From positions 9,398 through 73,397 of the forward strand of contig CALWXL010000003.1 in the NCBI GenBank assembly GCA_944385485.1: 64,000 bases of DNA, given 5' to 3'. Below, one piece after another: positions 19,249-29,270 of the stretch. The stretch comes from an uncultured Oscillospiraceae bacterium (GTDB lineage: Bacteria > Bacillota > Clostridia > Oscillospirales > Oscillospiraceae). A program made the translations under genes and the position numbers. Under the pieces are notes generated by a model. It saw only the letters and a list, made by a program, of their open reading frames with translations, did no database searches and was not told the DNA's origin. The stretch's first letter is position 1. The number at the start of each line of letters is the position of its first letter.

Positions 19249-21255
19249 CTATGCCCGTTTGAATTGCTTCTCCAGCTCCCCACGGGTGAGCTCAATGGCC
19301 ACGGGCCGTCCGTGGGGGCAGTATTTCACCTCTCCGCTCATCACCTTCTGGGCCACCCGCTCCAACTCCTGGGGGTCGTTGCGCTGGCCGCCTTTCACCG
19401 CCGCCTTGCAGGCCATGGTGTGCATCACCTCGTCCCGGGCCGCACTGGGGTCGGCCCATCCGGTGAGGCGCAGCTTTTTGGCCAGTTCCAGCAGGGTGGG
19501 CTCCACATCCCCCGTCTCCAGGTAGTCGGGCACCGCTCGCACGGCAATGCTCCCCGCGCCGAACTCCTCCAGCTGGAAGCCGAAGCCCTCCAGCACCTTT
19601 TGCCCGTCCAGCAGCACTTGCCGCTCCTGGGGTCCAGGGGTGATGGTGATGGGAACGAGCAACTCCTGCACCATGGGCTGGTAGTTCTGGGCCTTGAGGC
19701 GGTCAAAGTTCACCCGCTCATGGGCGGCGTGCTTGTCGATGAGCACCACCTTGTCCCCCTGCTCCACCATGATGTAGGTGTGGAACAGCTCGCCCCGCAC
19801 CACCCAGGGCTCCGGCTGGGGCTGGGGAGTGGGTTCCGGCTCCGGCTCCACCACAGGGGCGGGGGTCTCCTCCACCACCGGCTCTTCCACCACCGGGGCA
19901 GGGGCTTTCTTCTCCTCCACCACGGGAATAGGGGCGGGCTTTCCCTCCACGGGGGGCGCCTTCTCCGAAACGGAGGGTTTCTCCACTTCCACCACGGGAG
20001 CAATCTTCTCCACCGGCTCCGGCTTGGGCTTCTCCTGAGCCACAGGCTTGTGGGTCACCACCGGAGAAGCGTCCACCACCTTCTCCAACGGGGTCACCCG
20101 TCGGAAGGGGCTGGGCGTGGACTGGGGCTTGGAAACAGGTGCCGCCGGGGGCGGCGTGGTGGCCCGCTGAGGGGTGACCGGAGCCGTCACATCGTGAAAG
20201 CTGGTCTGATTGGGGGTCACTGTGTCCTGCCGGGGCAGCACCGACTTCATCACCGCCTGGGGGCGGGTCTTGTCGGCGTTGAGCGCTGCCAGCACCCCGT
20301 GATACACGGTGGCAAACACCTGTTGCTCATTCTGAAACTTGACTTCGGTCTTTGTGGGGTGGACGTTCACATCCACGCTGTTGGGCCGCAGGGTGAGGTG
20401 GAGGACGCAGCCGGGAAACTTGCCCACCATCTTCTGGTTGCGGTAGGCCTCCTCCAGGGCTGCCATCATCACCCGGCTTTTGATGTACCGCCCGTTGACG
20501 AAAAAGTGCTGATAGCTGCGGCTGCCCCGGCAACAGGTGGGCAGGGAGACAAAGCCGGAAATCTCCATGTTTTCCCCGGAACCTTTGATGGGCACAAAGC
20601 CCAGGGCCAGATCCCGGCCCAGTACGGCGTAAATGGCGCTTTTCAGCTGTCCATCTCCGGGGGTGAGCAGTTCCTGCTTCCCGTCCCGGATGAACTTCAC
20701 GGACAGCTCCGGGTGGGACAGGGCCAGACGCTGCACCACGGCGAACACCGCCGCACCTTCCGCGGAATCCTTCTTCATAAATTTCAGCCGGGCAGGGGTG
20801 TTATAGAACAAATCCCGCACCAGCATGGTGGTACCCTTGGGGCATCCCGCCTCCTCCTGCTCCACCAGCTGTCCCCCTTCCAAGGACAGGGCGGTGCCCA
20901 GACCCTGGCCCTGGTTGGTGAGCAGTTCCACCCGGGACACCGCCGCAATGGCGGCCAGAGCTTCCCCTCGGAAGCCCAGGGTGCCAATGGCCTCCAGGTC
21001 GTACTCCGAGGAGATCTTGGAGGTGGCGTGGCGGAGAAAAGCGGTCTGACACTGGTCGGGGGCGATGCCGCAGCCGTCGTCGGTGACCCGGATGAGGGAC
21101 ATGCCCCCGTGGGCAATCTCCACGGTGACCGCATTGGCCCCGGCATCGATGGCGTTTTCCATCAGCTCTTTCACCACCGAGGCGGGCCGCTCCACCACCT
21201 CGCCGGCAGCGATGAGGTCGGCCACATGGGGGTCTAGTTGTCGAATGGTGGGCAT
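19249..21255 (-). CDS. mutL: DNA mismatch repair endonuclease MutL
   Basis: IAAGEVVERP, GFRGEAL, DVNVHPTK, Pro/Glu-rich linker, DKHAAHER, ACK, CPHGRP. Confidence 0.97.
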   Translation of the reverse strand: MPTIRQLDPHVADLIAAGEVVERPASVVKELMENAIDAGANAVTVEIAHGGMSLIRVTDDGCGIAPDQCQTAFLRHATSKISSEYDLEAIGTLGFRGEALAAIAAVSRVELLTNQGQGLGTALSLEGGQLVEQEEAGCPKGTTMLVRDLFYNTPARLKFMKKDSAEGAAVFAVVQRLALSHPELSVKFIRDGKQELLTPGDGQLKSAIYAVLGRDLALGFVPIKGSGENMEISGFVSLPTCCRGSRSYQHFFVNGRYIKSRVMMAALEEAYRNQKMVGKFPGCVLHLTLRPNSVDVNVHPTKTEVKFQNEQQVFATVYHGVLAALNADKTRPQAVMKSVLPRQDTVTPNQTSFHDVTAPVTPQRATTPPPAAPVSKPQSTPSPFRRVTPLEKVVDASPVVTHKPVAQEKPKPEPVEKIAPVVEVEKPSVSEKAPPVEGKPAPIPVVEEKKAPAPVVEEPVVEETPAPVVEPEPEPTPQPQPEPWVVRGELFHTYIMVEQGDKVVLIDKHAAHERVNFDRLKAQNYQPMVQELLVPITITPGPQERQVLLDGQKVLEGFGFQLEEFGAGSIAVRAVPDYLETGDVEPTLLELAKKLRLTGWADPSAARDEVMHTMACKAAVKGGQRNDPQELERVAQKVMSGEVKYCPHGRPVAIELTRGELEKQFKRA

Positions 21256-21267
21256 ACCATCCCCTCC

Positions 21268-21702
21268 TTACAGCTCCAGCAAAATGGTGACAGGGCCGTC
21301 GTTCTGGGAAAACACCTGCATATCTGCCCCAAATTCCCCGTGCTCCACCTGGAAGCCTCGCTCCCGGCACTGTTCCATGAACCGCTCATAGAGGGGGATG
21401 GCCAAATCCGGCTTGGCAGCCCCGGAGAAGCCGGGACGGCGGGAGGAGGTGTCGGCGTAGAGGGTAAACTGGCTGACCACCAGCAGAGAGCCCCCCACCG
21501 CCTCCAAATTTCGGTTCATTTTCCCGGCCTCGTCCTCAAAAATCCGCAGGCCGCACACTTTATCCGCCATTTTGTCTGCCGTGGCCTGGGTGTCGTCGGG
21601 GCCGACGCCCAACAGCACCAACAGGCCCTGGTCAATGGCTCCGTTTACCGCCCCGTCGATTTCCACCCGGGCGTTTTTGACTCTGGTCACCACTGCTTTC
21701 AT
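21268..21702 (-). CDS. dtd: D-aminoacyl-tRNA deacylase
   Basis: MKAVVTRV start, LRIFED..GKMN, SQFTL, NDGPVT. Confidence 0.95.
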   Translation of the reverse strand: MKAVVTRVKNARVEIDGAVNGAIDQGLLVLLGVGPDDTQATADKMADKVCGLRIFEDEAGKMNRNLEAVGGSLLVVSQFTLYADTSSRRPGFSGAAKPDLAIPLYERFMEQCRERGFQVEHGEFGADMQVFSQNDGPVTILLEL

Positions 21703-21789
21703 GTGGGTTTCCTCCTTGTGGTATGGGTATTTGGTTTGAGTATACCACAATGCCCCGAGAAATGCTATGCCAGACCAAGGTGGGAGATG

Positions 21790-21840
21790 CAGGGAAACGG
21801 GGCGGGGCACCCCATTGGGATGTCCCGCCCCGTTTCCCTG
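21790..21840 (-). terminator. Terminator closing the ECF/ABC operon
   Basis: cagggaaacggggcggg/cccgccccgtttccctg. Confidence 0.75.
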
Positions 21841-21854
21841 ATTCATACACGGTT

Positions 21855-22730
21855 TCACCGGGCTTTTCCCCCGGCACAGTAATACAGATACACCTCTTCC
21901 AGGCTCAAGCCGGTGTCTACCGGCTCAAATTCCGGGGGAAGATCATCCCCCACCAGGCGCAGCACCTGGCCCTCCTGCCGCTGAAACACCGAGCCAAAGC
22001 CGTACTGCCGCTGGTAGGCCTCCATCTCCTCTGGGCTGCACACCCGCTGGGCCGCCTTATCCTGCACTGAGGCGATGAGTGCCTCCGGGGTTCCCGCACC
22101 CAGCAGATGCCCACGGTTGAGCAGCAGCACTTGATGGGAGATACACTCCACATCCGAGACGATGTGTGTAGCCAGAAGCACAATGCGCTCCCGGGCCACC
22201 TTGGCTATGAGACTGCGAATGCGAATGCGCTCCTGGGGGTCCACCCCGGCGGTGGGCTCGTCCAAAATCAGCAGATGGGGGTCCCCCAGCATGGCCTGGG
22301 CCAACAGCGCCCGCTGACGCATGCCCCCGGAGAACTGGCCCAGCCTTCGATGGGCCACATCCTGCAAATCCACCTCTTTCAGCAGCCGTTGGGCCTCTTG
22401 CCGGAGGGTTTTCCGGGGCAATCCTTTCAGTTCCCCCATATAGCAAAGAAATTCCTGGGCTGTCATCTGGGGATAATACCCCTGAAACTGGGGCATGTAG
22501 CCCAGCTGGGCACGGTATTTCCGCCCCAACCGAAGAATGTCGGTATCATTCCACAAAATCTCTCCACTCTCCCGGCGCAGCGTATCGGTGAGCAGCCCAA
22601 ACAGGGTGCTTTTCCCCGCCCCGTTGGCCCCCAAAATCCCGTAAATCCCAGGACCGAACTCATAGGTAAACTGGGACAGAGCCCGGGTGGAACCATATGT
22701 TTTTGTCACATCTCGAATGGTCAATTTCAT
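21855..22730 (-). CDS. ABC exporter ATP-binding protein
   Basis: Start MKLTIRDV; GANGAGKS, FSGGMRQR, LDEPTAGVDP, ATHIVSD. Confidence 0.92.
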   Translation of the reverse strand: MKLTIRDVTKTYGSTRALSQFTYEFGPGIYGILGANGAGKSTLFGLLTDTLRRESGEILWNDTDILRLGRKYRAQLGYMPQFQGYYPQMTAQEFLCYMGELKGLPRKTLRQEAQRLLKEVDLQDVAHRRLGQFSGGMRQRALLAQAMLGDPHLLILDEPTAGVDPQERIRIRSLIAKVARERIVLLATHIVSDVECISHQVLLLNRGHLLGAGTPEALIASVQDKAAQRVCSPEEMEAYQRQYGFGSVFQRQEGQVLRLVGDDLPPEFEPVDTGLSLEEVYLYYCAGGKAR

Positions 22731-25081
22731 GCCCGATACCTCCGCCATAGATGTTGAGACAACGCCAAAGCTACTGCCCCCATCACCAGCCACAGAATGC
22801 CGCACGCCGTCTTTGGTCCCGTTCCTTCCAGGCCGCTGCCCGCCAGCCATCCAACCCAGGACACCACTCCCAGAAGGTCCGCCCCCAGCTGGGCCAGCAA
22901 CGCAGGCAACAACAACACCGCACTGCTCACCCCCGCTGCCGGGAGCAAGGCAGGCAGACGGGCGGACACCGCCAGCACCACCCCACAGGCTGAGATCAGT
23001 CCCAGCAGGCGCAGGGCATAAAACACCGCCATATAGACCCATAGGGGTAAACTGCCCAGCCCCTCATTCCAGAAAAAGAGGCTCTGCCCGCTGATGTCCC
23101 GCACCATCTCCCACCTGCCGCCCAGCTGGGCAAACAGGCTCAACTCTCGTCCCGTCCAAGCCAGCCACAGCAGCACGGTCAGGGCCAGGGCCAGCAGGGC
23201 CTTGCTGCGCCACAGGCGGCCTCTCCCTCTGGGCGTACTCCAAAGGGACAGCCCCATACCACAGCGGCTCTCCAGGGCAAAACACCCCGGCACCAACAGG
23301 CACAGCCCCAACAGCACCACCACAGCTCCTTGGGTGCGAAGCCCTTCCCCGGTGTCGCCGAAGATGCGCTCATAGGGCTGTTCGTCCACCAGGGCCAGAC
23401 CCTCTGCCCCCGCCTGCTCCATCTCCAGCAGCTGGGTATACCGCTGTTCCAGGGTGTCCAGCGCCCAGCGGCGAGCGGCGTAGTATTCCAGGGTCATGCC
23501 GTCTACCTCTGCTTCCAAGGCCTGAGCATAGGCCTGGTCCGCCCGCTCCGATTCCTGGGAGATGACAGCCCGTGTATCCTGGTTCAAAGGCCCCTGGTAA
23601 CTCTGGACATATTCCGTCAACAGCGCCTCCGCCATCCCCTGCTGGGAGGGGGGCGCCTCCAACTTCCACAGAAGGAAGGCAGCCGCCGCCAAAAACAGTA
23701 CGCCGCCGCTATAAAGCAGCAGCTTTCGGGCCTCATATACCCACAGGAGTCGGGGCCTTGCCCTCTGGTGCAGCCGCTGCATCAGACGCTCTACGACCCG
23801 GCTCAGTGGGCTGTACCGGGCCCCGCCTTTGGCAACGTGGGCACTGAGGAGGGCCAAGGCCATGCATATCGCCACCAGCCCCGCCAAAACCGCCGCCATG
23901 ACCACCCGCTCCCGCACCGGATAGCCCAACCAGTTGTAGTTCAAATACCGCCCGGCCGTCGAAGCTGGGTAGAGCAGATGAAACAGGTTCAGGCTGGCCA
24001 GAGGGTAGAGGGCATCGTTGACCTGATAGCTGTCAAACCAGTGGTATTCCACCAGCAGAACCCCACCGCACAGCACCAGCCCCAGAGGCAGAGACCGGAG
24101 CCGGGACAGCACCAGCCACAGCAGCAGCCCCGCCGCCCACAGTCCCGCCGCAGTCATGGCAAAGTACCAAACCAGGAAGCCACCCACGCTGGTGGGGGCC
24201 GCCCAGGATTGGAGCAGGGATATGGACTGCACCGGAGCATCCAGGGCAATGGGTTGACGGTAGAGCGCCACCCCAGCCGCCAACACACCACCCTGGAACA
24301 ACACGGTGGCTACCACAGCAGACAGGGCCAGGGCCCCGGCCCGCCAGAGCGCCACAACCGTCCTACCCCGGGCACAGCTGCGCTCTACGTCCTCCAGCCC
24401 CAGCCGTCGAGGCTCCAGCAGCAGCACCACCGTCACTCCCATCAGACACAGGGCAAACACCAGGGCCGTGCGGTTTTCCATCAAGGAGACCAGCACGTCG
24501 TCCCGGGTGGGTTCCAACTTCACCTCCGCCGCAGATTGGTAGTCTGCCCGGGTCTTGTCCGCATTGCGGTAGGTGAAGGTGCCGGGGGTGGAGAAGAAGG
24601 GGTTGCTCTGGATGAGCTGGGCCTGGGCCACCACCCCTTCCACTTTCTCCCCATACCCCGACAGGTAGGTCAACCGTTCCAACCATCGGGTGGCTGCCGT
24701 ATAGGCCGCCCCATCGTCCTGGGGGTCTGTCCCCTCCCGTACCGCCTGGAGCTGCTGGTCAAAGTCGGGGTATGTCTCCCGGTAATGGGCCAGCATCTCC
24801 TGGTCCGAGTGGGCGCCGCTCTCCTCCAGTTGGGCATAAAACCGGGCCACAGCCCATCCCAGCTGAGCCGTCTGCTCCCAACTCAGGGCCTCCAAACCCT
24901 CCTCCCAGGATTGCTGGGCCAGGGTGTGACACCACTGATTGTTATACTTGGCATAGTCGGACACCGAACAGCCCAACTGCGCCTGCTGCTGCTGGACATA
25001 GAGGGCCAGACCGCACACCAGCAGCGCTGCGGCCACTCCCAGCCAGATTCGGTTTACAAAGACACGCCTGAGTTCCCTCAT
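22727..25081 (-). CDS. Large ABC-2-type permease-like membrane protein (two fused halves)
   Basis: Two repeats of TM + extracellular loop + multi-TM block; overlaps the ATPase start. Confidence 0.75.
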   Translation of the reverse strand: MRELRRVFVNRIWLGVAAALLVCGLALYVQQQQAQLGCSVSDYAKYNNQWCHTLAQQSWEEGLEALSWEQTAQLGWAVARFYAQLEESGAHSDQEMLAHYRETYPDFDQQLQAVREGTDPQDDGAAYTAATRWLERLTYLSGYGEKVEGVVAQAQLIQSNPFFSTPGTFTYRNADKTRADYQSAAEVKLEPTRDDVLVSLMENRTALVFALCLMGVTVVLLLEPRRLGLEDVERSCARGRTVVALWRAGALALSAVVATVLFQGGVLAAGVALYRQPIALDAPVQSISLLQSWAAPTSVGGFLVWYFAMTAAGLWAAGLLLWLVLSRLRSLPLGLVLCGGVLLVEYHWFDSYQVNDALYPLASLNLFHLLYPASTAGRYLNYNWLGYPVRERVVMAAVLAGLVAICMALALLSAHVAKGGARYSPLSRVVERLMQRLHQRARPRLLWVYEARKLLLYSGGVLFLAAAAFLLWKLEAPPSQQGMAEALLTEYVQSYQGPLNQDTRAVISQESERADQAYAQALEAEVDGMTLEYYAARRWALDTLEQRYTQLLEMEQAGAEGLALVDEQPYERIFGDTGEGLRTQGAVVVLLGLCLLVPGCFALESRCGMGLSLWSTPRGRGRLWRSKALLALALTVLLWLAWTGRELSLFAQLGGRWEMVRDISGQSLFFWNEGLGSLPLWVYMAVFYALRLLGLISACGVVLAVSARLPALLPAAGVSSAVLLLPALLAQLGADLLGVVSWVGWLAGSGLEGTGPKTACGILWLVMGAVALALSQHLWRRYRA

Positions 25082-25086
25082 CCCTA

Positions 25087-26259
25087 TCACTCCAGCTTGG
25101 TCAGTTGTGCCTGGCCCTTTGCCAAGGCGTCCTTTTCCAGGTAATACACGGGCTCCACCCCTGCATCCTCGTAGTTGGCGAAAAACACATACTGTGGGGA
25201 GGAGAGCGAATACTGAATGTGCTGCTCTGTGGCACCCGGGTCAAAGGACTGCACCAGATTCCCCTGGTAGTCGTAGACAGACAGGGCGGGCAGCCCGCTG
25301 ACCTCCTCCTTAGGTACCAGGTAGAAATATCGGTCGTCACAGCTGGCATAGTACTGGTCCTCCTGGGGCAGGTCTCCCCGGTACTCCGTCCGCTCCCCCG
25401 TCTCCAGGTTTTGGGCACAGATGGGCTCCCCCGGCCTTCGCCAGTACAACACCCCATCGTTCAGGCTCAGGGGTGCGGCCGGCCTCCACTCCTCTGTCAC
25501 GGCGATGGTCTCCCCCGTGGGGATGTGGTAGCCGTACAGGGTACAACCCTCGTCCAAAGTGATGTCATAAAATACCCAGTCATCCACCAGATACGTCGAC
25601 ACCACCGATGGGATGCCGGGGATTCCCCCCAGGGAAAAGGAGGGGTCGGAGGACACTTCCTGCTGAGCGGCCTCCACCTCCTCCCGGTTGGTAAACAGCA
25701 CCACCGGCTGGTCCTGGGGGCGGTCCAAGGAGAACAGATAGACCGTCTGCACCTGCCCGTGGGTCTGCCACTGATACAAGTTCACCACCAGATAGCCACA
25801 CCCCATGTTGGTCTCATACATGGAACTGGCCCCCACGTCCATATCCAGCACCTGCACCAGCTCCCGGTTCCCGCCGTCATAGTCCATCCGGTACAGCCCC
25901 ACCTGGGACGTCGCCGTGTCGTCCCAAATGTAGTATGTGTAATACAGTTTCTCCCCATAGGGGCAAATGCCACTGGCCACCAAATAGGCCGGACAGTCCC
26001 CAGCCCCGTGGCGGCAATCTGCCCGGGAACAGATGGGCACCGCCGGGGCTAATAGAGAGGGGCTGAGAACGGTCACTTGACGATCACTGTGAAAAAAATA
26101 GGCATCCTGAGTATACGCCGCAAATCCCTGTGCCGCAATGTACTGGTTATAGTCGATATCGTTTGACGACGTTTGCTCAGGGGTAGTTCCCACGCACCCG
26201 GTCAGCCCCACCAATCCCAGAGCAAAGGACAGTAGCCAGATTGTTTTCCCTCGTTTCAT
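25087..26259 (-). CDS. Lipoprotein, probable beta-propeller (DUF5050-like)
   Basis: Lipobox LTGC; PICSRADCRH..C Cys cluster; repeated LYRMDYDG / LYGYH / LYW strands. Confidence 0.75.
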   Translation of the reverse strand: MKRGKTIWLLSFALGLVGLTGCVGTTPEQTSSNDIDYNQYIAAQGFAAYTQDAYFFHSDRQVTVLSPSLLAPAVPICSRADCRHGAGDCPAYLVASGICPYGEKLYYTYYIWDDTATSQVGLYRMDYDGGNRELVQVLDMDVGASSMYETNMGCGYLVVNLYQWQTHGQVQTVYLFSLDRPQDQPVVLFTNREEVEAAQQEVSSDPSFSLGGIPGIPSVVSTYLVDDWVFYDITLDEGCTLYGYHIPTGETIAVTEEWRPAAPLSLNDGVLYWRRPGEPICAQNLETGERTEYRGDLPQEDQYYASCDDRYFYLVPKEEVSGLPALSVYDYQGNLVQSFDPGATEQHIQYSLSSPQYVFFANYEDAGVEPVYYLEKDALAKGQAQLTKLE

Positions 26260-26291
26260 CTTCTCATCCTATCATATCATACTTCTTGTCT

Positions 26292-26681
26292 CTAGGCCCT
26301 CGCGTACATGGTTTCCAGCTTAGCAAATTTCACATAGTAATTAGCCCACACATTTTCCATCCTATATTCTCCTCCCCCAGTAAAAAGACAAGATACCTCG
26401 GTTGCCTTGGGTTTGCTCTGATTAAAAGGTATTTTTCTAGTTGTTCCAACTATTGTTGCTCTCGCTTCCCCCTCTATGCGCAACAATGATTCTTCCCCAT
26501 ACTGGAGATTTGCGTACCCATTCTTGGAATTCAAACCAATGCGTGTCTGATAGTAAACCCCATTATGTGTCCCCTCAAACATGGTTGATCCAGCAAAGGC
26601 ATTGACACACACCAAGGACATCAGTAGACTGCAAGCCAACGCCAAAAGCAGAATCTTTCTCAGCTTTTTTACTTTCTTCAT
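26292..26681 (-). CDS. Small secreted protein, unknown function
   Basis: RBS AAAGGAG; Sec signal MKKVKKLRK..VNAFA; basic mature part of about 100 aa; AT-rich. Confidence 0.78.
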   Translation of the reverse strand: MKKVKKLRKILLLALACSLLMSLVCVNAFAGSTMFEGTHNGVYYQTRIGLNSKNGYANLQYGEESLLRIEGEARATIVGTTRKIPFNQSKPKATEVSCLFTGGGEYRMENVWANYYVKFAKLETMYARA

Positions 26682-26839
26682 GTGAATAACTCCTTTCTCT
26701 GCTTTACAGCTGCTCTTTTCTGTCATCTGTCATGCATGCACACCACATGGGACTCACCTCCAGTGTGTATTCGCTTGTACGTGCTTTTGTTAGGGGCAGC
26801 TATCTCTCAACCCGTTTTCTCCAAATGCTGCCATTTGTC

Positions 26840-27268
26840 CTACGATGTAACAATGTTTGTTGTTTTTACTGCTGTATCGGATCCAGCAGAATTCCTGGCA
26901 TAGAAAAATACCATGGCTCGATATTGAGCTCCTCGTTTGTCAGGCGAATACGACAAAGTCGCCGAGTAACTACTCTTGTTGTTTATTTGCATTTTCGGAT
27001 ACTCCCTGATGTTAAACGTGTACTCAGCTACCCAACTGGTACCATTAAACCGCTGCACCACAATACTGGTGGTCCCTAGGGCATCCATATTGGTTCTGCA
27101 TTTAATTGAAAAATAAATACTTAATTGTCCCTGATTGTTTTTTGAAATCGTGGCATAGAAGGACATAATCTCTTCAGAGGCCCGTGCTTGCGCAGCGTAT
27201 CCCTGAGTACTGCCCCACACGACGAAGAGTAACACGGCCAACAGTGCCACCGCACACCTTCTTTTCAT
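26840..27268 (-). CDS. Small secreted protein, unknown function
   Basis: RBS GAGGTG; signal MKRRCAVALL..YAA; beta-rich mature domain beginning RASEEI; AT-rich. Confidence 0.8.
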   Translation of the reverse strand: MKRRCAVALLAVLLFVVWGSTQGYAAQARASEEIMSFYATISKNNQGQLSIYFSIKCRTNMDALGTTSIVVQRFNGTSWVAEYTFNIREYPKMQINNKSSYSATLSYSPDKRGAQYRAMVFFYARNSAGSDTAVKTTNIVTS

Positions 27269-27287
27269 ATTTTCTCACCTCTCAAAC

Positions 27288-28184
27288 CTATGCCAGCATA
27301 GATTGCGCAATCTTCTCCAGATCAGTTTGACTCGGTCCAAACAAATAAAACTCATATCTTTGTATTTTCCATGCAACGGTAAAATTGTTAATGTTTTTAA
27401 TGATATATACCGTATGTCCGTGCATGTCTGTTGTGTCCACCGGTTTCTCTACTTTCTCTATACCAGCAGAATCTGGTCCTACGGGTATCACATTAATGGC
27501 CAGCAAATTTTCTTGATATTTATATGTGGCATACAGTTCGTAGAATGTCCCATCCGGGTTGCAACTCTGCTCCACGGTTTGGAACTGGCACCCCTCCGGC
27601 AACCAAGTAGGCGCCTTCACCTCTGTAATCCCGCAGGCATCCAAAGCCTCCTGCAAGGTGTCATACTCCAGAACTTCAGGCGTGATGATCTCCGATTCTT
27701 GCTTCTGGTCTGGGGAAACCGTGTCAATATCCTCTGGCTCCACATCCACAGGATCCTCTGGCTCCAAACTGCCGAAGGTAAAGAACTCGTCGTTCCATTT
27801 GGCCAATCCGCCTAAAATGTCCCATCCGGCTGCTCGAGCTGTGAGCAGCCCCACAAACACCAGGGCCAGGGCCGCAGCGATGGCCCCCAGGCCACGGGGC
27901 CGCCGCTTCCACCGCCGCACCTTGTCTGGTGTGGGGGCTTGGGTCTCCTCTTCCCGGTCGAGATAGTCCCGCTGGAAACGGCTCCAGGCCGCCGCTGTCT
28001 CCGCTTGGATCTCCTCCGGCGTCTTCTCCCGGTGGACGATCAACTCCAGAATGTACAAAATATCTTCGGTGGGGTATATCTCCACCCCTTGGGAATCCAG
28101 GCGAATGATCTCTTTGAGTTTCTCCGTGCCCATTTGGGCCAGCTCCTCCCGGGACTTGCGCGCCTCGTTCCGGTGTGTCCTCAT
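27288..28184 (-). CDS. Membrane anti-sigma factor (DUF4367-like)
   Basis: Cytoplasmic N-terminus, single TM (AIAAALALVFVGLL), APTWLPEG motif, extracellular C-domain; directly downstream of the ECF sigma. Confidence 0.75.
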   Translation of the reverse strand: MRTHRNEARKSREELAQMGTEKLKEIIRLDSQGVEIYPTEDILYILELIVHREKTPEEIQAETAAAWSRFQRDYLDREEETQAPTPDKVRRWKRRPRGLGAIAAALALVFVGLLTARAAGWDILGGLAKWNDEFFTFGSLEPEDPVDVEPEDIDTVSPDQKQESEIITPEVLEYDTLQEALDACGITEVKAPTWLPEGCQFQTVEQSCNPDGTFYELYATYKYQENLLAINVIPVGPDSAGIEKVEKPVDTTDMHGHTVYIIKNINNFTVAWKIQRYEFYLFGPSQTDLEKIAQSMLA

Positions 28185-28199
28185 ACCTGGCTCCTCCTT

Positions 28200-28724
28200 T
28201 CACTTGGTATATGTCGGGTCGTCCTCTCTAGGGGACACTTTTTCCTGGTCTTTTTCAAAATATTTTTTCAGCTGCTTTCTGGCCCGCTGCACCCGCTTTT
28301 TACAGGCCTCCAGGGAAATGCCCCTGGCCCGGGCCAGCTCCTCCACGGTCTGGTGCTCCAAGGCGTATTCTTTCATCAGTTCATACGCCCCTTGCCCCAC
28401 CAAGTCCCCATATATGACGTCCAAATCCTCCTGGTCGGTGACACGCACATCTTTGGCGGAGGCCAGGGCTGCTTCCACCGCCCACCTGGCCTTGTCCCGG
28501 CTTCTACGGGTGTTCTGAACCACATGTTTCACGGTCTCCATCATCCAGCCCCGGGGGTTGGGGCTGCCCATAAGGGCCTCCACCTTGCCCCAGGCAATGG
28601 AAAAGGCCTCCTGCACTACCTCCTCCGCCAGCAGCCCATCCCCCTCCAGGGCAGATTGGGCATAGCGCAGCAGCAGCGGATATAGTTCCCGGTACAGCTG
28701 CTCCAGGTATTCGTCCGGTGGCAT
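28200..28724 (-). CDS. ECF-type RNA polymerase sigma factor
   Basis: Region 2 LYRELYPLLLRYA..AEEVVQEAF..W and region 4 ELARARGIS..CKKRVQRARKQL; start MPPDEY. Confidence 0.88.
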   Translation of the reverse strand: MPPDEYLEQLYRELYPLLLRYAQSALEGDGLLAEEVVQEAFSIAWGKVEALMGSPNPRGWMMETVKHVVQNTRRSRDKARWAVEAALASAKDVRVTDQEDLDVIYGDLVGQGAYELMKEYALEHQTVEELARARGISLEACKKRVQRARKQLKKYFEKDQEKVSPREDDPTYTK

Positions 28725-28938
28725 CTCGGTCCCCCCTTTCTCTCTAGTTTTACCATACTCGAAAATACGCCCCACCACAAGAGAAAGTTTCCCCGCCCAT
28801 GAGAGGCAGAAAAAACTGGGAACACAGGTGTTTTTTCATTTCTTTTTTCCCCCTGTTGTGATATAATGTCAAGCTGTAAAAATATCAGCAGACATTTGCT
28901 GTGGACTTGGAAAACCATAGACACAAGGAGGAATTTCC

Positions 28939-29250
28939 ATGCAAAATCGTGTGACTGTCCGGGTGGCCGGGCGCAACTATGTCCTTCTGGCCCAGGAAGG
29001 GGAAGAGTACGTCCACCAGGTGGCGGATTTTGTCAATGACCAGCTGCGCCAGACCCTGGAGGGCAGCGAGATGAATCAGGTGGACTGTGCCCTGCTCACC
29101 TGTCTGAACATCGCCGACCAGTACCTGAAGGACAAGGAGTCTGGGGAGAACCTGCGCCAGCAGATCAAGGACCTGCTGGAGGAGAATGCCCAGCTGAAGA
29201 TGGAGCTGCACCAGGCCAAGCACCCCCGCCAGGAGAAGCCCAAGAAATAA
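28939..29250 (+). CDS. zapA: Cell division protein ZapA
   Basis: NRVTVRVAGRNY, VADFVN, LTCLNIAD plus coiled coil; upstream TG-n-TATAAT. Confidence 0.88.
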   Translation: MQNRVTVRVAGRNYVLLAQEGEEYVHQVADFVNDQLRQTLEGSEMNQVDCALLTCLNIADQYLKDKESGENLRQQIKDLLEENAQLKMELHQAKHPRQEKPKK

Positions 29251-29270
29251 ACCGGATACGGAGGACAACT

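Noticed and set aside
19800-20230. Pro/Glu/Val-rich stretch in mutL as an insertion or intein
   Set aside because: It occupies the normal disordered linker between the ATPase and endonuclease domains; no intein motifs.
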